64,000 nucleotides of DNA from Calditrichia bacterium. Its GTDB lineage: Bacteria > Calditrichota > Calditrichia > RBG-13-44-9 > J075. The DNA lies in NCBI GenBank assembly GCA_050633245.1, contig JBOEGD010000002.1, forward strand, positions 23,006 to 87,005, in the 5' to 3' direction. Under the pieces are notes generated by a model. The model ran no database searches and was not told the origin of the DNA. It worked only from the letters and a program-made list of their open reading frames with translations. Both the position numbers and the translations under genes were made by a program. Positions 32,178-42,269 of the stretch are shown here, in pieces. Each line of letters begins with the position of its first letter. Position 1 is the stretch's first letter.

Positions 32178-32960
32178 ATGTCCAGCACGCCAACAGTACT
32201 TGCAGAAAAACGCGACACCTATGCCATAGTCACGCTTAATCGTCCTGAAAAGCTAAATGCCCTGAATTCAAAAACCGTTCAGCTCCTCGGTAACATCATG
32301 AAGGATATGAACGCAGATAGCGCTATTCGGGCGGTCATTGTAACAGGCGCGGGCCCAAAAGCATTTGTCGCCGGGGCAGACATTCAGGAAATCAGCGCTC
32401 TGGAAGGCAAAGGAGGAGACTTTTCAGCAGCAGGACAGCAGGTATTTCGGGCTATCGAAAAAATGGACAAGCCGGTCATTGCTGCAGTTAACGGATTTGC
32501 GCTGGGTGGCGGATGCGAGCTTGCCCTATCCTGCCATATTCGCATTGCATCAGACAATGCAAAGTTCGGTCTTCCGGAAATAACGCTTGGAGTTATCCCT
32601 GGCTATGGTGGAACACAGCGTTTGCCAAGGCTAATCGGCAAAGCACAAGCGCTTCAGCTTATGCTAACTGGTGAAATGGTGACTGCTGAAAAAGCAGCAT
32701 CACTGGGATTGGTTAATGAGGTACTAACCGCCGAAGATCTGATGCCAAGGGCAGAGAAAATGGCATCTAAAATTGCCTCGCTCGCTCCTGTGGCGGCAAA
32801 ACTCATTTTAGAAAGCGTTACCAAAGGATTGGAAACAGACCTCGATAACGCGCTGGCAATAGAGGCAACAAATTTTGGAGCAGCCTGCGCAACAGAAGAC
32901 GCCAAGATCGGCACATCGGCCTTTTTGGAAAAACGTAAACCCGAATTCACAGGAAAGTGA
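32178..32960 (+). CDS. enoyl-CoA hydratase (crotonase)
   Basis: LNRPEKLNA, AGADI, GGGCE, PEITLGVIPG. Confidence 0.93.
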   Translation: MSSTPTVLAEKRDTYAIVTLNRPEKLNALNSKTVQLLGNIMKDMNADSAIRAVIVTGAGPKAFVAGADIQEISALEGKGGDFSAAGQQVFRAIEKMDKPVIAAVNGFALGGGCELALSCHIRIASDNAKFGLPEITLGVIPGYGGTQRLPRLIGKAQALQLMLTGEMVTAEKAASLGLVNEVLTAEDLMPRAEKMASKIASLAPVAAKLILESVTKGLETDLDNALAIEATNFGAACATEDAKIGTSAFLEKRKPEFTGK

Positions 32961-32973
32961 GCATCCGGGAATA

Positions 32974-34029
32974 ATGAAAAACAACGCCCTGTTAATTTCC
33001 GACCGGAAAACATTTATCGAGCACTTCACCGGACTGCTGAAATCGAACAATTTCAGTATCCAGAGAACTGCAGATTTTGAAAGCTGGTATATAGATCCGG
33101 ACAAGTTCAGTTTCGATATCTGCTTTATTGATAATCCTGATCAGGTCTTCAACTACGAGCTATTCTTTAATCACATCAATCGCAGAAATCCTCAATCTAT
33201 AGTCGTTAATGTTGGAAGCGAAGATTCCATAAAATCGTACAATCACAATCTGTTGTTTGGCGCGAACGCCATTGATGACAGCGTTGGAATGGAATCGTTC
33301 GTAAAAAACATGGGTGAGTTTTTGAAGCGTGCCAATACGCGAACCGAGCTGGCCGCGATGTTAATTCACGATATTCGATCACCGCTTAACAGCCTTATTG
33401 CTTATATTCAACTTTTGCTAAACAACACCTTCGGTGAACTTAATGAGGGACAGAGCAATATGCTTGAAAAGGCAATGGTATTAGGCGATCAGACACTTGA
33501 TATGCTTGAAGATATGAACGAGGTTTACAAGAGCGAACAGTTCTCGTTTACTTTGGATAAGGACATCTTCCCCATAAGGAAGGTCATTGAGAATGCCATG
33601 CTGAACCTGTGGGTTCAGGCCGATAGAAAAGACATTAAGATCCGAAAAGAAGTCCCTGCAAAATTCCCATTGATGAAGGGAGATGCCTTTCAAATTCAAC
33701 GAATCTTTGTCAATCTTATCGAAAACGCAATCAAATATTCTCCGGAAGGATCGCAAATAAACATCAGCGCAATACATGAAAATAAACGTATGGCCGGCTT
33801 TTCAATTGCCGATAACGGTGGCGGAATTCCGGAAGATAAGCTGAAGTCTATTTTCCGAAAGTCGTATCGAATTAAAGATTCTGCTGCATTTCAAAAAGGC
33901 CATGGTCTGGGTTTATATATTTGTAAATTGATAATCAAGGCGCACAATGGCACCATCGAAGCGCAAAATAATGACATTGGTGGCGTGACCTTTAATTTTA
34001 CGCTGCCGATTCAGACTGAAGGCAAGTAG
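32974..34029 (+). CDS. sensor histidine kinase
   Basis: H-box HDIRSPL, N-box NLIENAIKY, DNGGGI, GxGLGL. Confidence 0.92.
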   Translation: MKNNALLISDRKTFIEHFTGLLKSNNFSIQRTADFESWYIDPDKFSFDICFIDNPDQVFNYELFFNHINRRNPQSIVVNVGSEDSIKSYNHNLLFGANAIDDSVGMESFVKNMGEFLKRANTRTELAAMLIHDIRSPLNSLIAYIQLLLNNTFGELNEGQSNMLEKAMVLGDQTLDMLEDMNEVYKSEQFSFTLDKDIFPIRKVIENAMLNLWVQADRKDIKIRKEVPAKFPLMKGDAFQIQRIFVNLIENAIKYSPEGSQINISAIHENKRMAGFSIADNGGGIPEDKLKSIFRKSYRIKDSAAFQKGHGLGLYICKLIIKAHNGTIEAQNNDIGGVTFNFTLPIQTEGK

Positions 34030-34042
34030 TGGGCTTCATATT

Positions 34043-34519
34043 ATGAACTCTTCCACCATTATTCGTTTGGATGATCGATTAATCCACGGACAAGTTGTCG
34101 TCGGTTGGGGATCGGTATACTCTTTCGACCGCATTATCGTTGCAAATGATGAGTTTGCTGCGAGTGACTGGGAAAAAGAGCTGCTGCTACTCGCCGCGCC
34201 GACGAGTGCCAATGCCGATGTACTGACGATCGCCGAAACCGCAGAACTGCTGCCTACGCTGCACGAGGAAAGCTCGAATGCGATCGTTCTGCTTAACAGT
34301 CCCGACGACTTGCTAAGGCTGTGCAACGCCGTCCCCTCTCTGAAAAAAGTAAACCTGGGTGGTCTTCACTTCAAACCGGGTCGATCTGAAATCCTTCGCT
34401 ACTTGTTTATGAACCAAGAGGAAATATCCCTTTTTAAGCTTCTGATGGACGAAGGTGTCAATTTCGAATGTTTGGATGTGCCCGGTGGTGACCCCAAAGA
34501 CCTCGCAGCCCTTATCTAA
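34043..34519 (+). CDS. PTS mannose/sorbose-family EIIB component
   Basis: RLDDRLIHGQV signature. Confidence 0.92.
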   Translation: MNSSTIIRLDDRLIHGQVVVGWGSVYSFDRIIVANDEFAASDWEKELLLLAAPTSANADVLTIAETAELLPTLHEESSNAIVLLNSPDDLLRLCNAVPSLKKVNLGGLHFKPGRSEILRYLFMNQEEISLFKLLMDEGVNFECLDVPGGDPKDLAALI

Positions 34520-34826
34520 TCAATTAGATCCCCCCTCTTGGCTATTGCACTTCTGCAATGTCTATATCTGTATACTCAATAATGTGTTGGATTTAGATAG
34601 TGGTGGAAACACTTGTGAGGGGACAATCTGCATCGTTCCATATAAAGACTTTTTGAACAGCCATTACCATCTTTTGCCGGAAATGTGATGGTAACAGCAT
34701 ACTTATTGCATACGGCCTTTCCAAATAGTTACTGCGTACTATGAATGATTCAACCTACGAACCGAATGTCTTCGGCGCGCAAACCTGAACAGAAGCAGCC
34801 ATTATCAGGAAAGGCCTGGCGGGTTG

Positions 34827-35009
34827 TCAGGCTACGACTTCGTGCATACGAAGATATTCTTGTCTGAATTTTTCTGCGTGTCCTTCAGTAAACCAAGTAA
34901 TAATCGCTTCTGTAAGCGAAATGGCCTGCTGTTCTTCGTCAGATAAAGAGTCATAATATTCCTGAATCGCTTCCAGTTGCGAATGATAAAAACTATTTCC
35001 CAAATCCAT
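34827..35009 (-). CDS. small acidic hypothetical protein
   Basis: AAGGGG RBS; ISLTEAIITW motif shared with the adjacent ORF. Confidence 0.7.
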   Translation of the reverse strand: MDLGNSFYHSQLEAIQEYYDSLSDEEQQAISLTEAIITWFTEGHAEKFRQEYLRMHEVVA

Positions 35010-35071
35010 GGTATTTCCCCTTTACTAATTCACGGTAAATTAAGCATGCGGTTTAGCGCCAGCAAAATCAA

Positions 35072-35236
35072 TTAAATATACGCGTCTTTTGGAGCGTGTG
35101 AACTCCCTGAACGTCGGACACCTTCGTTGAGCCAGAGTGATATCGCTTCAGAGAAAGAAATGGGCCGTTTGAATTCCTTGACCTTCTTTTCCCTGAAGGC
35201 GAGAATCATTCTGAGTTTCTCAGATGATCTCATCAT
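35072..35236 (-). CDS. small basic hypothetical protein
   Basis: AAAGGAG RBS before ATG at 35236; ISFSEAISLW motif. Confidence 0.65.
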   Translation of the reverse strand: MMRSSEKLRMILAFREKKVKEFKRPISFSEAISLWLNEGVRRSGSSHAPKDAYI

Positions 35237-35262
35237 AACAAATCTCCTTTTTCTTCTCAAAA

Positions 35263-35278
35263 AGCAACTATAGTGCCA
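35263..35278 (-). promoter_or_regulatory. sigma54 (-24/-12) promoter
   Basis: minus strand TGGCAC-TATAG-TTGCT, exact consensus spacing, about 27 nt before the ATG. Confidence 0.75.
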
Positions 35279-35588
35279 CGATTGTTTATACCGGATTATT
35301 TTGCAAGAGTTGCGTAAAACCGCAATTTTTCTGTTTTGTCAGCCGGCCTTCTCAAAAAAGATGATGAGATTTTCGACCCCTCCAACACTCAAGGTGATGC
35401 GAATTACGACACTTTGCGTCTGCCAAAATACAAGACACAAAGCAAGTTGCTTCAAACGTCTAGAGTATGAGGGGAGCACTAAATCCTTGTGAGGCTAACC
35501 ATGCAATCCAGTATGGTATATGTATAGAGATTATCAAATCTGCCAACGCGCGACATTGACGGCGGTCATAAATACATTTTTTTTGGAA

Positions 35589-36023
35589 TTAATACGAAGG
35601 GGAGTCTGGAAAACGTGAAAAATGGGCAACCTTTTCGAAATCACTTAGCTGAAATCCATCCTTGTCTGCCAAATAGGTTGAATGTGAAGAGCCCAACTGC
35701 GCCAGAGTCAGCCAGCGAAAATCACTGTGTTCTTCTGAAAGGCGGAGCTGGCCGGACGAAATACAACAGAGATAGTTAATGGATAGAAGTTGACCGATTC
35801 CAACCACTGTCCCAAACCAGGTGTCGACAATTCCACGAGACCTTACGCGGAGTCCGGTTTCCTCCAGTACCTCACGCTTCATACCAGAAAGAGGCTCTTC
35901 GTGCAGCTCGAGGCGACCTCCCGGTGGTCCCCATACTAACGGCGGATTTGTACGTTTTAACAACAGAAAGGCATCCTGTCGCATAATGTAGGCAGTAACT
36001 GCCACTCGGTGCGTCAACTCCAT
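35589..36023 (-). CDS. NUDIX hydrolase
   Basis: GGRLELHEEPLSGMKREVLEETGL Nudix box. Confidence 0.92.
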   Translation of the reverse strand: MELTHRVAVTAYIMRQDAFLLLKRTNPPLVWGPPGGRLELHEEPLSGMKREVLEETGLRVRSRGIVDTWFGTVVGIGQLLSINYLCCISSGQLRLSEEHSDFRWLTLAQLGSSHSTYLADKDGFQLSDFEKVAHFSRFPDSPSY

Positions 36024-36027
36024 GCTA

Positions 36028-36444
36028 TTAGCTTTCGATTGGGGAATCCAGGCCTAATGCTGCCTGCAGGACTTCCGGAATACGGCAGGGGCGACCTTTA
36101 AGGTTCACGCAAACCCAGGTGACATCTGCCTTTACAACCAGCCTATCATCACTGCTTCGTCTCAATACCTGTTCAAAAACACCACCCACCTTGCGGTTGG
36201 ATTTAACAGACGTATTGAGATAGAGTTCGTCGCCCGGTTCTGCGGACAAATGATAGACAATCTCGATTTGACGAATGAGAACCATGACCCCGGCTTCTTT
36301 TAGCGCCTTCAGAGTAATTCCTCGCCGATGAAGCAACTCCATGCGACCAAATTCAAGGTAATTCACATAGGTTGCATTATTAACGTGGCCATATGAGTCG
36401 CATTCATACGAGCGAACGGTTAGCTTCGAGATGCTTGGTTTCAT
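36028..36444 (-). CDS. acyl-CoA thioesterase (YbgC/4HBT family)
   Basis: ECDSYGHVNNATY motif. Confidence 0.9.
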   Translation of the reverse strand: MKPSISKLTVRSYECDSYGHVNNATYVNYLEFGRMELLHRRGITLKALKEAGVMVLIRQIEIVYHLSAEPGDELYLNTSVKSNRKVGGVFEQVLRRSSDDRLVVKADVTWVCVNLKGRPCRIPEVLQAALGLDSPIES

Positions 36445-36700
36445 TCTATTCCTCTGCTTTAGAGCATTTCCCAAGTAAGATAGCAAAACTTCTTTTTTGT
36501 GCCAAGGTAATCATGAGCGGGCAAAAACCGGTGTCAGGTGTCAGGTGTCAGAAACCAAAGTCAGAAAAGAAGGCCAGAAAAGAAAGGCAGATCACCAGTC
36601 ATTGAACTTTGAACTTTGAACTTTCCCATTATTGTGCATTTTTTTTACACTCATTTAGGTTGTTAAAAAACACATGTGCATCGAAACGTCATTTAATTAT

Positions 36701-36850
36701 TGGCACGTAGTTTGTAATTAGTTAATTCGCAAAGCGACTGTTACTATCCCAATAGTCGATTAGCAAAAACAGTTATAAAATCCCCTCCCTCCATCCCAGA
36801 GAGCCGGAAACCAAAGCGAGAGCTGAGGCGTCCGGCTCTTATTTTTTTTC
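36701..36850 (+). ncRNA. candidate sigma54-driven small RNA
   Basis: TGGCACGTAGTTTGT promoter-like site; C-rich tract; GAGCCGGA...TCCGGCTC hairpin + T8; no ORF. Confidence 0.4.
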
Positions 36851-37039
36851 CTTAGGTTTATTACCTGCTGAAATCTTCTCAGCCAACGGGCGCTTATTAA
36901 AATCACTGTTGCTCATTATCATTTCTTTCCGGCAAAACAGTCTTTTTTTTTCAAGCCATATTTACTAAGTTTTCATGTTTTGTATGACGAAACAGTTATT
37001 ACGACCTACTAATGGCGAATACCTTTCTGGAGACTTGAA

Positions 37040-38401
37040 ATGAAAAAAATCCTCATCCTCGGGGCTGGACAAAGTGCCCCCTACCTAATCGACTACCTTT
37101 TAAAAGAATCCATCGCGAACAATTGGTTTGTAACGGTCGGAGATCTCGATGAGGAACAAGCTCGCTCAGCGATCGGCACTCACCCAAATGGCAACGCGAT
37201 TCGCTTCGACGTCAATGATTCTGCTATGCGTAAACAGCAGATCGAACAGGCCGATGTAGTCGTGAACTTCCTGTCACCAGTCTTTCAATACATTGTCGCC
37301 CACGACTGTATTCACTGCAAGACACACATGGTTTCGGCCTCCTATGCCAATAAGAAGGTGATAGATATGGCCGCAGATGCACAAAGAAACGGCGTTTTGA
37401 TATTAAACGAGATGGGACTCGATCCCGGTATCGATCATATGTCTGCAATGAAATTGATTCACTATGTGCAGGAAAATGGTGGACAAATTTCGTCTTTCGT
37501 TTCCTATGGTGCCGGGCTTCCCGCACCGGAAGTAGCAGATAATCCGCTGCGTTACTGCATTACATGGAACGCGCGCAACGTTGCCCGTGCTGGAGAAGTC
37601 GGTGCGCTCTATATGGAGGATGGAAAGCGCAAGCTGCTGTCGCACCACAACGTTTTTAATCGCACCTGGCCGGTAGAAGTTGAAGGTCTTGGCACATTTG
37701 AGGCCATTGCCAACCGCAACTCCCTAATCTATCGCAATCTGTTTGGCTTGCCGAATGTGCACACAATTATCCGCGGAACCTTGCGTTATCCGGGATGGAG
37801 TGAAACTTGGAATCAAGTTATAAAGCTCGGCTTCCCAAATGACAATATGCCTATTCCAAATGCCGCAGAAATGAGCTATCGCGAACTGACTCAGATGTTT
37901 CTGCCGATTCATCTTTCCGGTTCAAATTTGGAAAGACGTGTAGCGAATTACTTGAATATCAATCCAACCGGCAAAATTATGCAAAACCTGAAATGGCTGG
38001 GATTGTTTTCGGATGAAATAATCGGTGGAAAGGTCTCTACTGCCGCAGATATTCTGACGCAGCTATTGGTCAAGAAGCTACCGCTACCGCCAAACGGACG
38101 TGATATGGTCATATTGATTCACGAAGTCTACGCAGACTATCCGGGCGACAAGCCGAGGAGAGAGCATATAAAAACAACGCTTATCGATTATGGTCAGCCG
38201 GGTGGTTTTACGGCGATCTCTAAAACAGTTGGATTACCGGCCGCAATTGCGACCAAGCTTATCCTTACCGGCAAGCTTCCACTAACCGGTTGTCATATTC
38301 CAACATTGCCGACAATTTATCTGCCGGTATTAGAGGAATTGAAGCTGCATAATGTTGCTTTTGAGGAAGAAGTTCGTGAGTTGCCGCTGGAGGACAGTTA
38401 G
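37040..38401 (+). CDS. saccharopine dehydrogenase (SDH domain of AASS, Lys9-like)
   Basis: ILGAG, EMGLDPGIDHM, GTLRYPG, TVGLP. Confidence 0.93.
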   Translation: MKKILILGAGQSAPYLIDYLLKESIANNWFVTVGDLDEEQARSAIGTHPNGNAIRFDVNDSAMRKQQIEQADVVVNFLSPVFQYIVAHDCIHCKTHMVSASYANKKVIDMAADAQRNGVLILNEMGLDPGIDHMSAMKLIHYVQENGGQISSFVSYGAGLPAPEVADNPLRYCITWNARNVARAGEVGALYMEDGKRKLLSHHNVFNRTWPVEVEGLGTFEAIANRNSLIYRNLFGLPNVHTIIRGTLRYPGWSETWNQVIKLGFPNDNMPIPNAAEMSYRELTQMFLPIHLSGSNLERRVANYLNINPTGKIMQNLKWLGLFSDEIIGGKVSTAADILTQLLVKKLPLPPNGRDMVILIHEVYADYPGDKPRREHIKTTLIDYGQPGGFTAISKTVGLPAAIATKLILTGKLPLTGCHIPTLPTIYLPVLEELKLHNVAFEEEVRELPLEDS

Positions 38402-38460
38402 AGGTTGGCTAGAAGCAGGAGACGGATCATTGCATTGGCAACGTTGTCGAGGGTATAAAG

Positions 38461-38757
38461 ATGAAGATCAATAAAAGCTTTGTCGAGCAGCCCTGGTTTG
38501 CAGCGTTACTCTTCCTTGGCGTAATAATATGGAAATTCTACGATGATTTCACATGGCTTGAGCTCTTTTTTATCTGTGCTTTCGGATTGTCGATGGTTTG
38601 GTTTGCCATTAGTTTGGCATTTATTTTGTCGGAAGTACAATATTTTATTTCGACTGGTAAATGGAACTGTTTTTCGAGTCGTGAGTGGTTATCATATTTG
38701 TCTTCTATCCCCCTGTTGATGCTTATTACTCATATTAACTTCAACATTGTCTTTTAA
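38461..38757 (+). CDS. hypothetical membrane protein
   Basis: GAGGG RBS; about three hydrophobic segments. Confidence 0.55.
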   Translation: MKINKSFVEQPWFAALLFLGVIIWKFYDDFTWLELFFICAFGLSMVWFAISLAFILSEVQYFISTGKWNCFSSREWLSYLSSIPLLMLITHINFNIVF

Positions 38758-38778
38758 TTGTCCGACATTTACCTAAAC

Positions 38779-38810
38779 AAAAAAGCGCGGGTCTTAACCT
38801 GCGCTTTTTT
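38779..38810. terminator. bidirectional intrinsic terminator
   Basis: AAAAAAGCGCGGG-tcttaa-CCTGCGCTTTTTT. Confidence 0.8.
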
Positions 38811-38847
38811 ACCGTGTCGAGATATTGCTCGACACCTACACCATAAC

Positions 38848-38966
38848 TAATTCAATTCTACATCTTATTAATCGCGTCCATCCATGGTCGTATTCACCCA
38901 TGCCGCAAAACGGGTTTCATTCTGACCATCCATGCCGTAATACGGTTTCATCCTGACCATCCATGT
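38848..38966 (-). repeat. 3'-UTR array of CA(U/-)GGAUG motifs
   Basis: minus strand: three CATGGATG, one CAGGATG plus variants in about 31-nt imperfect repeats right after the LKR stop. Confidence 0.7.
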
Positions 38967-38968
38967 TC

Positions 38969-40282
38969 TTACACAATATGTTCACGCAAATGCTCAAAGC
39001 GTTCCATCAACTCACCATTGTGGGTAATTACTGCCCGCTTCATCGGAGCATCAATTTCCAGGTCTTCGATCTCATCATCATAATCTGCCGCGGCCAGTGC
39101 CGGCAGGAACTGCAGGAGCGAATCGCCAAATGCTTCAGTCGCTTCGCGTGGAAGTTCGGCAGGCAATTTGTCAATCGTCATCATTGCCACGCCTTTGCCG
39201 TCAAAGCCATCGGTCACTTCCCCATTGGCGGGATTATAAACATAGGTCGGCCTTCTAGATGTGGTTGCCTTAACCGTCATCTCAATTGAACCTTCAATGT
39301 CGCAGGTTATGTCACCAATCGCCTTCAGAGGAATGCCACCCTTTTGTTTAAAGGCAGCCTTCAAACCTTTTTGGGTAACGAGACGCGGATACTCAGGAGC
39401 CCAATAGATTCCATTTACAATTGCGCTTAAATATGGTAAATGCTCCTCAAAACGCCCCTGATAACGCTCGGGCTCACTAAAATAGGTAAGCAAATCAAAC
39501 GGTTCAACCACATCGATTGGTTCAAACATATCCGTTTCATAAAACTCTACAGAATAGACGTGACGATTAGAAAAATCACCACGCTCATAGAAACCTGCCA
39601 GCTCATCCGGCTGCAGGTGAATGACCGGAAGATACTTATACATTTTCTGTGCACCTTTGGAAACCTGGCCATATCCGGTAAACCCACAAACAAACGGCGT
39701 CAGCTCTTCCGGAAGTCCGTCAGTGATAATCTTGTCACCAAGTTCATCCAGTGCTGTTTCGGCATCGGCAAGCGAATCGTATGTGCTGGTTTGCTTGAGA
39801 TGGGTGAACGGAGAATCAACACCCAGTTTTTTCATACGTTGCCCTACCGTCCACAGCGTATTAATCAATCCGGCATAGCCGGCGAAGTTGCCAAAGAATA
39901 CTAAACGTCGGCCCTCGTCATTTGTAATCAGCTCATAATCCATCAGCGTGATGCCCTTGTCGGCTATCGCCTTCAGCATTTTCATGTTGTAGGGCTGAGC
40001 TTTAATGGTATGTGAAAAGAACAAATAGCGTTGGTTCGGCAGCAAATCAGCAATTGGAACTTCTTTTACACCGAGAATCAAATTGCAGCTCGATAGGTCT
40101 TTACTAACTTTGGCTCCGGCGGCTCGGTATTCTTTATCCGAAAAGACACGCGTATCAGAAGGCTCAACAATAACCGTCAAGTAATTTTCATCTATCAAAC
40201 GCTTCACCTGAGCAGGTGTCAGCGGCGCACGATGTTCTGTTTTATCTTTCGTTTCCCTGCGAATCCCAATACAGTCTTTCAT
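38969..40282 (-). CDS. lysine-ketoglutarate reductase (LKR domain of AASS)
   Basis: IGIRRE, HRAPLTP, GVKE, FFSHTIKAQPYN, DITCD, IDKLPAELP. Confidence 0.9.
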   Translation of the reverse strand: MKDCIGIRRETKDKTEHRAPLTPAQVKRLIDENYLTVIVEPSDTRVFSDKEYRAAGAKVSKDLSSCNLILGVKEVPIADLLPNQRYLFFSHTIKAQPYNMKMLKAIADKGITLMDYELITNDEGRRLVFFGNFAGYAGLINTLWTVGQRMKKLGVDSPFTHLKQTSTYDSLADAETALDELGDKIITDGLPEELTPFVCGFTGYGQVSKGAQKMYKYLPVIHLQPDELAGFYERGDFSNRHVYSVEFYETDMFEPIDVVEPFDLLTYFSEPERYQGRFEEHLPYLSAIVNGIYWAPEYPRLVTQKGLKAAFKQKGGIPLKAIGDITCDIEGSIEMTVKATTSRRPTYVYNPANGEVTDGFDGKGVAMMTIDKLPAELPREATEAFGDSLLQFLPALAAADYDDEIEDLEIDAPMKRAVITHNGELMERFEHLREHIV

Positions 40283-40378
40283 CCTTGTTCTCCCTGCAAA
40301 AAACATCCATCCACATGTATCCTTTTCCAAACTTGGATATCCATCCTTACAATATACGCAGTTCGGAGACGATTTTAA

Positions 40379-41803
<1,425 letters not shown>

Positions 41804-41948
41804 GGTTACTTGCTCTCACTCCGCTGATAGACAGCGGAGTGAGAGAAGCTTTCTTCAAAAAACATCGCGTTCAGATTTCTAACATTCCAGTTGCAAAATT
41901 GTCCCTAGCTGCCTATTTTTTATCAGTTTCAATCAAAAGGATTTTAGT

Positions 41949-42269
41949 ATGGCAAAAGCAAAGCGCAGGAAAAGTCGTCGTAAGTCGCTCGAAATATCTA
42001 TGGCAGCATGGACGCTGATTGCCGTATTCGTCCTGTTGGTTTTATCTGCCTTCCTCACCGGTAATAGCAGCATGCTACAGCTTTACAAACTCCACAAACA
42101 AAAACTTGCTCTTGTAGAGCAGAAGCAACAGCTTGAAGAAAGTTCTATTCAGCTACGTGAAGAGGTGGCGCGCCTCGAAGAAGATCTGGACTATATCGAA
42201 AAGGTCGCGCGTGAAGAATACAATCTGACGCGTGCCAATGAAGAGATTTACGAAATCATTCCTGAGTAG
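41949..42269 (+). CDS. ftsB: septum formation initiator (FtsB/DivIC family)
   Basis: single TM helix + coiled coil + YIEKVAREEY; follows eno. Confidence 0.82.
   Translation: MAKAKRRKSRRKSLEISMAAWTLIAVFVLLVLSAFLTGNSSMLQLYKLHKQKLALVEQKQQLEESSIQLREEVARLEEDLDYIEKVAREEYNLTRANEEIYEIIPE

Noticed and set aside
34520-34826. Possible ncRNA (6S-like) or 77-aa ORF in the intergenic gap
   Set aside because: Only one local hairpin (TTACCATC..GATGGTAA); no long closing stem or convincing coding signal
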